A DNA stretch of 64,000 bases, from contig JBDTKK010000099.1 of the NCBI GenBank assembly GCA_039935335.1, positions 659 to 64,658 of the forward strand, written 5' to 3'. The position numbers were made by a program, and so were the translations under genes. The notes under the pieces were generated by a model. The model worked only from the letters and a program-made list of their open reading frames with translations, was not told where the DNA came from and searched no databases. This document shows positions 26,933 through 37,174 of this stretch, piece after piece. Position 1 is the first letter of the stretch; the number at the start of each line of letters is the position of its first letter. This DNA comes from Chitinophagaceae bacterium (lineage in GTDB: Bacteria > Bacteroidota > Bacteroidia > Chitinophagales > Chitinophagaceae).

Positions 26933-27432
26933 ATGAATCTTCTAGAACAGATTGCCGCTACTCATAAGCAAGTAAAAAGTGGCGCAGATTTTCCTGCTTT
27001 TATACAAGAACTGAAGAAATTGGGCGTTTCAGGCTATACCACTTTTGTGGCCACGGACATTCTATTTATTTCCACCAAGACAACACATCTGCTTCTACCG
27101 TTGCTAAATATGCTCCACTTGAAATTGCCTAAAGTAGCCACCAGCAAGCTTTTCAAGAAAGGCTACAGGCGCACCAACACGGCCATACAGACTACCCTAC
27201 TTTCTTCGCTGATGCAGCAAAAAATGGTGTTGAGAAATGGACAGTCGACATGGAGAAGATGACCTGTACCTATTTTGACCTCGCGGGAAATAACATGCTT
27301 CCGGAATCCATCCCGATGGTTTCTTTCGTAAAAAGGATAGACAAAAAGGCATTGCTTTTTTTGTCCAATCAGCAACAACAAAAAATACAATTATGGCTTA
27401 CAACATACTTTCAAAAGAGGAAGAAAGAATAA
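26933..27432 (+). pseudogene. DUF1398 family gene disrupted by a frameshift and an in-frame stop
   Basis: Frame A (from 26933) gives MNLLEQIAATHKQVKSGADFPAFIQELKKLGVSGYTTFVA. The family sequence then continues in another frame from ~27055: GHSIYFHQDNTSASTVAKYAPLEIA-TAA(27130-27132)[61 protein letters not shown]. Confidence 0.75.
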
Positions 27433-27782
27433 TAGAAAATAAGGGAACGGAAATGCCCTTCACAGGTGAGTATTACAACAGTAAAATGGCCGGCACGTAT
27501 ACCTGTCGGCGATGCAACAATCCTTTGTATCACTCTGCGGATAAGTTCAGTTCAGAATGCGGTTGGCCCAGCTTTGACGATGAAATTGCCGGGGCTGTAA
27601 AACAACATACAGATAAGGATGGGCATCGGATAGAAATCCTTTGTGCAAACTGCAATGGGCATTTGGGGCATGTCTTTATTGGCGAGCGTCTCACGGCAAA
27701 AAACACACGGCATTGCGTCAATTCCATTTCGATGAAGTTCATTCCGGAAGGAGAAGAATTGCCAAAGCTTTTGTCGATTTGA
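27393..27782 (+). CDS. msrB: Peptide-methionine (R)-S-oxide reductase
   Basis: Two CxxC zinc pairs ([21 protein letters not shown]) and the catalytic RHCVNS motif. Confidence 0.93.
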   Translation: MAYNILSKEEERIIENKGTEMPFTGEYYNSKMAGTYTCRRCNNPLYHSADKFSSECGWPSFDDEIAGAVKQHTDKDGHRIEILCANCNGHLGHVFIGERLTAKNTRHCVNSISMKFIPEGEELPKLLSI

Positions 27783-28117
27783 CGATTAACTACATAGGCA
27801 CTAAGGCTCATTATGGATTCGATTTGAAAATTAGAAGATGGTGGAACAATTTGAAGATAGTTTACCGTCCCAAAAGCTTTCTACTTTATACTATTGTCTT
27901 TTGTCAAGGTTTCCTTTCCCAGAAGCCTGATACTTGATACGAACTACCTGATACTTGCTCCCCAAAGTCTGTATACTCTCTACTAATTGCTACCTACTAT
28001 TTCCCAACACCTTTTTCATTTTGAATTTTCAATTTTGAATTAATTAACACGCCGTGGAACGGTCTTATCATTAGTCTAGTTGTTCAAATGATTTTTTACC
28101 ACAAAAACAGAACAACC

Positions 28118-28549
28118 ATGAAAAAGATAATCGTAGCCGTAATGATGGTGGCTGGCTTTGCCGGAACTGTGAACGCAAAAGTCAGGAGCAAAGTAAAAGC
28201 CGTGAAACGGCATATTCCTTATGCTCAAAATCCGAATATTGACCACAGTAAGGATGTCGCCTACAGTGCGCAATGGGCCAGCGAAGCTGTGAGTCCTTCC
28301 CCTAATGCGGATTTCGATGCGGTGCAGCCCGTAAATACAACTGCCACTACTGGACGGACAATTAATTATAAACATCCGCTCGCCAACTTCACCCGCTATG
28401 GTTCCCACCATGCCAGCATGAACGCTGCATACCAAGGGAAAAATGCTCCCTCTTGGGAAGGGCCAGTAAAGAATGAATATCGCAACAGACGTGCAAATAA
28501 CACAAGTGCACCCTTACCACCCAATGACGGTAATGGAAGCAAAAAATAA
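28118..28549 (+). CDS. Hypothetical secreted protein
   Basis: Signal peptide MKKIIVAVMMVAGFAGTVNA. Low-complexity mature part. Confidence 0.5.
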   Translation: MKKIIVAVMMVAGFAGTVNAKVRSKVKAVKRHIPYAQNPNIDHSKDVAYSAQWASEAVSPSPNADFDAVQPVNTTATTGRTINYKHPLANFTRYGSHHASMNAAYQGKNAPSWEGPVKNEYRNRRANNTSAPLPPNDGNGSKK

Positions 28550-28566
28550 AACTACTACCCAATAGA

Positions 28567-28605
28567 AAAGCCGGAAGAACACATTGTTTTTCCGGCTTTG
28601 TTTTT
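28567..28605 (+). terminator. Rho-independent terminator
   Basis: Perfect 10-bp stem AAAGCCGGAA / TTCCGGCTTT with a 13-nt loop, followed by GTTTTT. Confidence 0.8.
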
Positions 28606-28813
28606 CGATAGGTACTCTGTATTAAACGTGCTATTTCAAAAATAGAAAGCTGCGGTGCGCATCATTCGTGGAATTAGTAATCCTTTTTATCAGACTTTGA
28701 AGTATCGTTCTCCAGAATAAAATTCATGCAGGTTCAGAATTCCTTCATAATTGACTGGTAGGTTTGTGGTGCTTAGAATTATTAAGTACTTGCCACGGCA
28801 CAGAATGATTTTT

Positions 28814-29821
28814 ATGAAAAAGAACCTTGCATTTTGCCTCCTGTTTTGCCTTTCCTTCTCAAGCAATTTAAAGGCAAAAACTCACGACAAATTGCCCTTA
28901 AAATCCAGCTTTTACATTCATAGCGAAGGGCATTGGGATTATCTCGCAGTAGCACCACAAAGCAAGGAGCTTTACGTCTCTCATGGCACGCAAGTGAATA
29001 TTCTCAACAAAATAACTGGCGATTCAATTGGCGTTATTCCTGGTACCATCGGTGTACATGGTATTGCTTTCGTACCTGCGCTGGGCAAGGGTTTCATCTC
29101 TAACGGTAAGCTGAATAATGTCTTTGTGTTTAACCTTAAAACGCACAAAATTCTAGACAGTATCAAAACGGGTGAGAATCCTGATGCTATTTTTTATGAA
29201 CCTTTTTCTGAAAAAATAATCACCTGCAATGGCCGTAGTAAAGATGCGTCTGTAATAGACCCAAAGACCGAAAAGGTAGTAGCAACCATCCCGCTATGTG
29301 GCAAGCCGGAAACAGCAGTTTCCGATGGTAAAGGCTTAATGTTCGTCAACATTGAAGACAAAAACGAAGTAGTTGTTGTGAACATGAAAACTATGAAGCT
29401 GGAAAAGCACTACCCTTTGAATGGAGCAGAAGAACCTACTGGACTTGCTATCAATCCGAAAGCAGAAACCCTCTTTGTTGGCTGTGGCAATAAAAAGCTA
29501 GTTGTGATGCGCACTTCAGGGGAAATTATCCAGACTTTGCCCATTGGGGACCACTGCGATGGTACCGCTTTTGATAATCGAGTTGCTTACGCTTCCTGCG
29601 GTGATGGCACACTTGCTCAAATCTTACTTTCCCCGAAAACGGGTCTGTATTCCGTAAAGAACTACAGGACGAAAGCGGGAGCTCGAACAATTACCATTGA
29701 TCCTGAAACACACAATATTTACGTCCCAACTGCCGAATTTATACCTCTAAAAGACGGTGAAAAGGGAAGGGCAAAAATGATTCCGGGAAGTTTTCAAATT
29801 TTAGTTTTTGGTGCAAAATAG
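28814..29821 (+). CDS. YncE-like / YVTN-repeat beta-propeller protein (secreted)
   Basis: Signal peptide MKKNLAFCLLFCLSFSSNLKA. Repeated ~40-aa blades with G-x-x-P-x-G-I/A patterns (GVHGIAF, GENPDAIFY, KPETAVS, EPTGLAI). Confidence 0.6.
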   Translation: MKKNLAFCLLFCLSFSSNLKAKTHDKLPLKSSFYIHSEGHWDYLAVAPQSKELYVSHGTQVNILNKITGDSIGVIPGTIGVHGIAFVPALGKGFISNGKLNNVFVFNLKTHKILDSIKTGENPDAIFYEPFSEKIITCNGRSKDASVIDPKTEKVVATIPLCGKPETAVSDGKGLMFVNIEDKNEVVVVNMKTMKLEKHYPLNGAEEPTGLAINPKAETLFVGCGNKKLVVMRTSGEIIQTLPIGDHCDGTAFDNRVAYASCGDGTLAQILLSPKTGLYSVKNYRTKAGARTITIDPETHNIYVPTAEFIPLKDGEKGRAKMIPGSFQILVFGAK

Positions 29822-31085
29822 CAAAGGATACCTCTATCTCTGTTGCCTGATATTCGCTGTCCTAGTGAGTTTGGGAAATAATCTTTCATGCCTAGCGCAA
29901 GAAAATATTCATCTGGATTCTTACTTGCAAATCGCCAAAGCACGCAGCCCACTTTTGCGCGAATACCGCAATGCAATTGCTTCATTGAGCATTGATAGTG
30001 AAAAGACGCGGGCTGGCTACAAGCCGCAAGTAGCGCTGGTTTCAACAAATATGTATGCGCCTTCGGGCAAGAATTTTGGCTATGACCAAACGGTAACAAA
30101 CGGTGGACAATTCAGTACAGTGGTGGCCGCGAGCAAAACATTCGTCAGCCAAAAGAATCTTCAAACACAGTTTCAGGGACAACGGCTCTCTACCGATTCA
30201 ATCAGAACACTTTCCGCCATTGCAGAGCAAGAACTGAAGCGCAGCATAACCGCGCAATACTTGACTGCCTACGGCGACCAACAACAGCTCCTTGCCCTCG
30301 CCGAAATCAACAGCACGCTACAGGATGAAGAGGGATTACTCAAGAGCCTTACACAGAATAATATCTACCGGCAGACTGACTACCTCACTTTTCTTGTAAC
30401 ACAGCGGCAGCAAGCTTTACAGCTTCGTCAAATGCGCATTCAATACCTCAATGACTATGCGAATCTGGCGAATCTCTGCGGTATTGTGGATACCACCGCG
30501 ATGAACAAAAAATTGCTCCTTCCAGAATTGCGTATTGCTGAATTTCCTGCGGAAATGAACTCTGCATTTTTTGCGAGATACAAAATTGACAGCCTTCAAC
30601 TCGACAACACAATTCGACTTATAAACTTTAGTTACCGACCAAAGGTTTCTGTGTTTGCTGATGCCGGATACAACGCTACTCAACTTCATACTTTCTACCA
30701 AAACTTCGGCGTTAGCGCGGGTTTCAGCGTTAATCTCCCCATTTATGATGGCGGCCGGCGCAAGCTTTCCATTACCCAAATGCAGCTTTCTGAAGATACA
30801 CGAAGTGGCTATCATCAATTTTTCCAAGACCAGTTTGCACAGCAGATTGCCGCCCTTCATCAACAGCTCAATGCTACCGAAAATCTAGCTGGCGATATTG
30901 ACGACCAAATAAAATATTCCAAAGGGCTAATCGACGTGAACGCTGAATTATTGAAGACTGGCGATGTCAGAATTCCAGACTTTGTACTCGCCATCAACAA
31001 CTACCTTATGGCGAAAACTTTGAGAACCCAAAACCAAGTTTCAAGGCTTCAAATTATCAACCAAATCAACTACTGGAATCGGTAG
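29808..31085 (+). CDS. TolC family outer-membrane efflux protein
   Basis: Two coiled-coil/beta repeats and the typical LPIYDGGRRK motif. First gene of the TolC-MFP-RND triad. Confidence 0.85.
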   Translation: MVQNSKGYLYLCCLIFAVLVSLGNNLSCLAQENIHLDSYLQIAKARSPLLREYRNAIASLSIDSEKTRAGYKPQVALVSTNMYAPSGKNFGYDQTVTNGGQFSTVVAASKTFVSQKNLQTQFQGQRLSTDSIRTLSAIAEQELKRSITAQYLTAYGDQQQLLALAEINSTLQDEEGLLKSLTQNNIYRQTDYLTFLVTQRQQALQLRQMRIQYLNDYANLANLCGIVDTTAMNKKLLLPELRIAEFPAEMNSAFFARYKIDSLQLDNTIRLINFSYRPKVSVFADAGYNATQLHTFYQNFGVSAGFSVNLPIYDGGRRKLSITQMQLSEDTRSGYHQFFQDQFAQQIAALHQQLNATENLAGDIDDQIKYSKGLIDVNAELLKTGDVRIPDFVLAINNYLMAKTLRTQNQVSRLQIINQINYWNR

Positions 31086-31094
31086 GAAACAACT

Positions 31095-32096
31095 ATGAAG
31101 CAAGCAAAACGCCTGTCTACCAAACCTGCCACAACAAGGCTCTTTACTGCCCGTTTCGAGGCGGTCTTACTCTGTATTTTCTCAACTACTCTATCTCTAT
31201 TAATCACCTCATGCCATGACGCACCGAGCGGAACGAATACTCCTGCGTCGGTGCGTACACCTGTTACCGTTACATCGGTTTCTCATTTTCCCTTAAACGA
31301 ATATATCGAATTGAACGCAATTTCCACTTATATACAACAGAATTTTGTAAAATCAAACCTGAACGGATACATTCAAAAATCAAATATCAAATTTGGCGAT
31401 CATGTACATCAAGGAGAAGTTCTATTTGTTTTAAAAACCAAGGAAGCCAGCGCCATAGGAAATGCGGTGAATCAACTGGATCCCAGTTTTAACTTTTCAG
31501 GCGCAAATATAATTCGCGCCGGCGCTACTGGATACGTAATGCAGTTGAACCATCTGAAGAGCGACTACGTTCAGGACGGCGAGCAATTGGCCGTGATAAG
31601 CGATTCAAAGAGTTTTGCGTTTGTAATGAATGTACCTTACGAAGACAAACCTTTTGTTTCCATTGGAAAGCATGTGCAAGTGATATTGCCGGATTCGGTA
31701 GTGATGGATGGGACGATTTCTTCATCTTTGCCCTTAGTTGATTCTGTAACCCAAACACAATCTTATTCCATAAAAGTGAGTGCCGGCTATACTATTCCAA
31801 AGGATTTAATTGCTAAAGTAAAAATCCTGAAAAGATCAGCGAATGAAGCAGAAACTTTGCCAAAGAGTTCCATTTTATCTGATGTAACACAAACGAAATA
31901 TTGGGTAATGAAAATGATAAATGACAGTATGGCTGTAAAGGTGCTTGTAAAAACTGGTATTGAAAAAGGCGATACGGTACAAATTGTTTCACCCCATTTT
32001 TCGCCTGACGCTAAAATTCTATCAGGAGGAAATTATGGTTTATCGGATACCGCTTTGGTGACGACTTCTGCAGACTCTTCCACGGGAGGAAATTAA
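31095..32096 (+). CDS. Efflux RND transporter periplasmic adaptor (MFP/HlyD family)
   Basis: Lipoyl/beta-barrel pattern (GYIQKSNIKFGDHVHQGEVLFVL ... GYVMQLNHLKSDYVQDGEQLAVI). Lies between the TolC and RND genes. Confidence 0.8.
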   Translation: MKQAKRLSTKPATTRLFTARFEAVLLCIFSTTLSLLITSCHDAPSGTNTPASVRTPVTVTSVSHFPLNEYIELNAISTYIQQNFVKSNLNGYIQKSNIKFGDHVHQGEVLFVLKTKEASAIGNAVNQLDPSFNFSGANIIRAGATGYVMQLNHLKSDYVQDGEQLAVISDSKSFAFVMNVPYEDKPFVSIGKHVQVILPDSVVMDGTISSSLPLVDSVTQTQSYSIKVSAGYTIPKDLIAKVKILKRSANEAETLPKSSILSDVTQTKYWVMKMINDSMAVKVLVKTGIEKGDTVQIVSPHFSPDAKILSGGNYGLSDTALVTTSADSSTGGN

Positions 32097-32140
32097 GAAG
32101 ACTGGCAAATTTAAGAAGTTCTAAAAAACGAATGAATTAA

Positions 32141-35100
32141 ATGAATAATGAAAATGGACAAGTAAAAAATTCCTCAGGCGGTGGAGGCTTTTTTACTACT
32201 TATAAAAGCCCGCTCACGGTTATCCTATTCATTTTAATTGGGGGCGGATTATTTGCGTATAGAAGTTTAAAGACTTCACTATTTCCAGAAATAACATTTC
32301 CAAAAATAAAAATCATTGCAGATGCCGGCCTACAACCTGTTGACAGGATGATGGTAACCGTAACTCGCCCCTTGGAACTTGCCATCAAACAAATACCCAG
32401 TCTTACAAGTATAAGGAGCATAACCAGCAGAGGAAGTTGTGAAATATCCGCTTATATAAGTTGGAATGCTAATGTGGACATTAGTGAGCAAAAAATAGAA
32501 GCAAGAATAAATCAAATAAGAAATACATTACCTCCCAATGTAAATATTACCGTTGAAAAAATGAACCCTTCCATTCTACCGGTAATGGGTTATTCTTTAG
32601 AAAGCCACGATCTCTCGCCGATAGCTTTAAAGCAATTAGCCGTTTACACTATAAAGCCTTACCTGAGCCAGGTTGCCGGTGTTTCGCAAGTACAAATTGT
32701 TGGAGGAAAATCTAAAGAATATTGGGTAAAGCTGAATCTACAAAAAATGAGCACGCTTTCTGTAACGCCAGACGCCGTTTCTACTGCGCTCAACCAGACA
32801 AATTTCATCAAATCAAATGGGTATCTTTCTGATTACCGTTTTCTATATCTTACCGTTACGGATGCTGCATTGCAATCACTAAATGAATTACAAAATGTAG
32901 TGGTAAGTAATAATGGTAGGCGCATTATTAAGTTAAATGATATTGCCGATATTGAAGTACAGGAATCAATTGAGTATATCAAGGTATTTGCAAATGGCAG
33001 AGAAGGAGTATTAATTGGTGTGATAAAGCAGCCCAATAGCAATTTGGTAGATGTATCTACAAACATGAAAGCTAAAATAGCTCAGCTTAAAGATATTTTA
33101 CCTAAGGGAGTTACCTTGAAACCATATTATGTACAAGCAGATTTTGTAAAAACGGTTGCAAAAAGTGTAACCGATAGCTTATGGATTGGGCTTGTACTCG
33201 CCATAATTGTAGCCATAATTTTCCTACGTTCTTTTAAGGCAAGTGTGACTATTTTAATAATCATACCCGTAACGCTAGGCGCTACATTAATCGGATTATA
33301 CGCTAGTGGCTATACATTAAATATCATGACGCTCGGCGCAATAGCGGCTTCTTTAGGATTAATTATAGATGATGCCATTGTAGTGGTAGAACAAATTCAC
33401 CGAACGCATGAAGAGAATCCAGATGATGAATATAAAAACATTGTGCAAAAGGCAATTCATTTTTTGTTTCCTGCAATGGTTGGCTCTTCCATCAGCACTA
33501 TTGTTATTTTTCTTCCTTTTATTTTAATGAGCGGCGTTGCCGGAGCTTATTTTAACGTGCTTACCAACACGATGATCATAACATTAGTATGTTCTTTCTT
33601 TGTAACCTGGATTGGGTTGCCGGTTGTTTATCTTTTATTTTCCCGAAAAAAGAAAAAGACTGCAAAAAAAGAAAAAAAGGAAGATGTAAAAAGACAGGGA
33701 TGGGTACAATGGTTTATACTAAAACCGTGGATTAGCTTTATTTTCATTGGGATATTAATGTTGTGTATTTATCTTATTTTACCAAAGCTCAAAACAGGTT
33801 TTCTACCTCACATGGACGAAGGAAGCATTGTGCTTGATTACTCCTCTATACCCGGAACTTCATTAGCTGAAACAAACAGCGAGCTACAGCAGGTTGGAAA
33901 AATAATAACTTCCACGCCGGAGGTAAGCGCTTATTCGCGCCGAACAGGAACGCAAATGGGTTTCTTTATAACCGAACCTAACAGAGGCGATTTTCTCATT
34001 GAACTTAAAAAAAATCGAAAAAAAACCACCGACCAGGTAATTGAAGAAATCCGAAAGCGAATCGAAGCATCGCAGCCTGCACTTAGGGTTGACTTCGGTC
34101 AGGTGATTAGCGATATGCTTGGCGACCTGATGACTTCGGTACAACCCATTGAAATTAAGATTTTTGGAGACGATATACAAAAACTCAATAAACTTGCCAA
34201 GCAGGTAAGCGCCATTGCTGAAAATACAAAGGGCACTGCAGATGTATTTGACGGTATAATTATTGCCGGTCCTTCTTTAAGCGTTCACCCTGATTATACA
34301 AAAATTGCGCAATATGGCATCTCTCCGGCCAACTTTCAATACCAGGTGCAGACAGATTTAGAAGGTAACGTGGCGGGAAATATTTTTGAAAATAACCGGC
34401 TTTTCCCTGTAAGGTTAGTTTATCCGGGAAGCAGGCAAAGAACTGTGGAGGATTTAAAAAAATTAAAAATATTTTTGCCTGATGGAAGCCTAAAGCCTAT
34501 AAACGAGTTGGCAACGTTAAGCATTAATCCCGGCGCCGCAGAAATTGACAGAGAGAATTTACAATCAATGGGTGTAGTTTCTGCGCGTCTCAACAACCGC
34601 GATTTAGGAAGCACTGTATCAGATATCAAAAGCCAGATAAATGCTAAAGTTACTTTGCCTAAGGGTTATACAATTGAATATGGCGGCGACTATGCGCAAC
34701 AGCAAAAATCATTTTCCGAACTTTTAATGATTCTTATCGCTTCAAGTATTTTAGTATTCGGCGTTATCCTTTTTTTATTTCAAGATATAAAGGCCGCTAT
34801 TATTATTTTAATACTCGCCGTACTGGGCATTGCAGGAAGCTACCTTGCCCTGTTTATTACCAGTACGCCATTAAATGTTGGCAGCTATACCGGCCTTATT
34901 ATGATAGTTGGAATTATCGGGGAAAATTCAATTTTCACTTTTTTACAATTCAAAACAACATTGAAGGATAAAAGTGTGGATGAATCTGCTGTTTACGCTA
35001 TTTCCACAAGAATCCGTCCGAATCTTATGACTGCGTTAGGGGCAATTACAGCCTTAATGCCTTTAGCGTTGGGCATCGGTGCCGGTGCCCAGCTTCATCA

Positions 35101-35230
35101 ACCTTTGGCCATAGCTGTTATTGGGGGTTTTGTCATAGCGCTTCCTCTGATATTGATTGTGCTTCCCTCAATGTTGAGACTGTTTTATAAAAATAATAAA
35201 AATAAAGACCACGAAGTAGAAGCTCTATGA
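32141..35230 (+). CDS. Efflux RND transporter permease (CzcA/CusA-like; substrate class not assignable)
   Basis: 1029 aa with 12-TM RND topology and two large periplasmic loops. AcrB/CzcA-type blocks LGAIAASLGLIIDDAIVVVE and GLIMIVGIIGENSIF. Confidence 0.9.
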   Translation: MNNENGQVKNSSGGGGFFTTYKSPLTVILFILIGGGLFAYRSLKTSLFPEITFPKIKIIADAGLQPVDRMMVTVTRPLELAIKQIPSLTSIRSITSRGSCEISAYISWNANVDISEQKIEARINQIRNTLPPNVNITVEKMNPSILPVMGYSLESHDLSPIALKQLAVYTIKPYLSQVAGVSQVQIVGGKSKEYWVKLNLQKMSTLSVTPDAVSTALNQTNFIKSNGYLSDYRFLYLTVTDAALQSLNELQNVVVSNNGRRIIKLNDIADIEVQESIEYIKVFANGREGVLIGVIKQPNSNLVDVSTNMKAKIAQLKDILPKGVTLKPYYVQADFVKTVAKSVTDSLWIGLVLAIIVAIIFLRSFKASVTILIIIPVTLGATLIGLYASGYTLNIMTLGAIAASLGLIIDDAIVVVEQIHRTHEENPDDEYKNIVQKAIHFLFPAMVGSSISTIVIFLPFILMSGVAGAYFNVLTNTMIITLVCSFFVTWIGLPVVYLLFSRKKKKTAKKEKKEDVKRQGWVQWFILKPWISFIFIGILMLCIYLILPKLKTGFLPHMDEGSIVLDYSSIPGTSLAETNSELQQVGKIITSTPEVSAYSRRTGTQMGFFITEPNRGDFLIELKKNRKKTTDQVIEEIRKRIEASQPALRVDFGQVISDMLGDLMTSVQPIEIKIFGDDIQKLNKLAKQVSAIAENTKGTADVFDGIIIAGPSLSVHPDYTKIAQYGISPANFQYQVQTDLEGNVAGNIFENNRLFPVRLVYPGSRQRTVEDLKKLKIFLPDGSLKPINELATLSINPGAAEIDRENLQSMGVVSARLNNRDLGSTVSDIKSQINAKVTLPKGYTIEYGGDYAQQQKSFSELLMILIASSILVFGVILFLFQDIKAAIIILILAVLGIAGSYLALFITSTPLNVGSYTGLIMIVGIIGENSIFTFLQFKTTLKDKSVDESAVYAISTRIRPNLMTALGAITALMPLALGIGAGAQLHQPLAIAVIGGFVIALPLILIVLPSMLRLFYKNNKNKDHEVEAL

Positions 35231-35243
35231 AAATTGATAAAAA

Positions 35244-35865
35244 ATGAAGGTCTCGGTGATGGCAGAAATAAAGACTGCAATTGCTAGAAAAATTTCCATG
35301 CCGCCCGGCTATCACATCGAATACGGAGGCTCCTGTGCTGAGCAGCAAAAATCCTTTAGTGAGCTGCTGATGATTTTGTTTAGTTCTTCACTTTTGGTGT
35401 TTTGTGTCGTCTTATTTCTGTTCCGCGATTTGCGTGTAGCACTGGTGATTATACTTCTCTCTGTTTTAGGAATTTCAGGAAGTTATTTGGCGCTTTTCCT
35501 CACCCATACGCTGCTCAATGTTGGCTCCTACACAGGCTTGATTATGATAGTGGGGATTATTGCGGAGAATGCCATTTTCACCTTTCTTCAATTCCGTGAA
35601 GAACTGCGCCAACAGAGCGTTGACGAAGCATTGGTCTATTCCATTTCCACCAGATTGAGACCAAAGTTGATGACCGCTTTGGGAGCAATTATTGCATTGA
35701 TGCCTTTGGCGTTGGGAATTGGCACTGGGGGCTCAATTGCACCAACCTCTTGCCATAGCCGTCATTGGCGGATTTATCATTGCGTTGCCTCTATTGCTTG
35801 TCGTGTTGCCAACAATGTTGAGATTGATTTTTAGGAAAAATGCAGAAGCGCTTCCTAGCAATTAA
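35244..35865 (+). pseudogene. Remnant of a second RND permease: last ~200 codons only, with a frameshift at a G5 run
   Basis: Aligns to aa ~840-1015 of the upstream permease (PPGYHIEYGGSCAEQQKSFSELLMILFSS...GSYTGLIMIVGIIAENAIFTFLQF...LMTALGAIIALMPLALGIGTG). After CTGGGGGCTC the family sequence continues in another frame as AQLHQPLAIAVIGGFIIALPLLLVVLPTMLRLIFRKNAEALPSN-stop (TAA 35863-35865). Confidence 0.8.
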
Positions 35866-35926
35866 GTCCGGGTTAGCCAACGGATAAATGTTGAAACCAA
35901 GGCTTGGTTAGGGTTCATCTATTCTC

Positions 35927-37174
35927 TTAAAACCAGACCTCAAAGATTTGCACGCCGTTTTTGAAATGGTAAACGATTCGAAAGCCCAGTGCTTTGCAAA
36001 TCTGTGCTACAATGGAAAGTCCCAATCCGTTGCCTTCCTTTCCGCTATCGGGATTGCGAAAAAACTGCTGAAATAGCGACTCCTTGGGTATTTCAGGTAA
36101 GTTCGAGGTATTGGCAATACTCAAATTTCTCGCAGAAAGCGAAATTGAAATTGTGCCTCCGGAGTAGTTGTATCTAATGGCGTTGCTCAGCAAATTGCCA
36201 ATAAGGATTTCGAAAAGATGCTTGTTTGTTTGAAGAGCAATCCTTTCTAAAACACTTTCGAGGGAGATGTTTCCTCCATCGATCAAGTCTTGTAGTTCTG
36301 AAGTTTTGTTTTCTAGAAGTTCCGCCACAGAAAGCTCATCGCTGAGCAGAAACTGTTGGTTTTCTATTTTGGTGAGCAGCAACAACGCGCTGAAAAGTCT
36401 TGTCAACTTTGCTACCGATTGATCAATCCCTCCAATTTGCTTTGCGGTGGCTTCATTCAATTCGGGCATTTGCATTAGCGCTTCGAGCCGCGCACTGAGC
36501 ACTGCCAAGGGAGTTTGCATTTCATGTGCCGCCTGTGCAGTAAAGCTCCGAATAGCTTCAAAGTCTTTGGCACTTCGTGCTGCCATGGCGTTCAACGTTT
36601 CATTGAGCATACTGAACTCCTGAACGCTTGTTTCAGGCAAAAGGAGTGGAGTCGCTTGAGCCAGCGAATACTGGCTAAGGGCCTTTGTTGTTTGATAAAA
36701 TGGCTTTAATAAGCTCCGAACAATCCTATGGTTTACCCAATAAATACTGAGCAAAACGAGCAACAGCATTCCCAAAGTAACGAGCGCGATAATGCGAAGT
36801 AAAGTATCTGTTCCCTCTAAAGGAGTGTTTATCCTGAATTGGAAAATTTTGCCTAAAAAAGTTATTGGGAATTCGAATTGCCGAGCTGGTTCAATACCAT
36901 CTGAATCGACCATTTGCACAGTTCGAAAAGAAGCTGCAAATGTTGAGTTTACTTCTTGATAAACAATTTGAAGGTCGCTGAAGGATGATGGAGGCGGCAG
37001 CTTTTGATGCTGCTGGATGTAGGCCACTATTTCATCACGCTCTGTTTCTAAGCCTTCATCTACTTGATGGATGAGGATGTACCGGAAACTGAAAAACAAG
37101 GCGATCATTCCCAACAGAAATGCTACCAACATGGCAGATAAGTTCAGCCTTGTATATCGCGCAAAGAGTTTCAT
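35927..37174 (-). CDS. Sensor histidine kinase (two TM segments, HisKA + HATPase_c)
   Basis: H-box FTAQAAHEMQTPL, N-box LLSNAIRYN, G-boxes GNGLGLSIV. Overlaps the upstream response regulator gene by 4 nt (ATGA). Confidence 0.88.
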   Translation of the reverse strand: MKLFARYTRLNLSAMLVAFLLGMIALFFSFRYILIHQVDEGLETERDEIVAYIQQHQKLPPPSSFSDLQIVYQEVNSTFAASFRTVQMVDSDGIEPARQFEFPITFLGKIFQFRINTPLEGTDTLLRIIALVTLGMLLLVLLSIYWVNHRIVRSLLKPFYQTTKALSQYSLAQATPLLLPETSVQEFSMLNETLNAMAARSAKDFEAIRSFTAQAAHEMQTPLAVLSARLEALMQMPELNEATAKQIGGIDQSVAKLTRLFSALLLLTKIENQQFLLSDELSVAELLENKTSELQDLIDGGNISLESVLERIALQTNKHLFEILIGNLLSNAIRYNYSGGTISISLSARNLSIANTSNLPEIPKESLFQQFFRNPDSGKEGNGLGLSIVAQICKALGFRIVYHFKNGVQIFEVWF

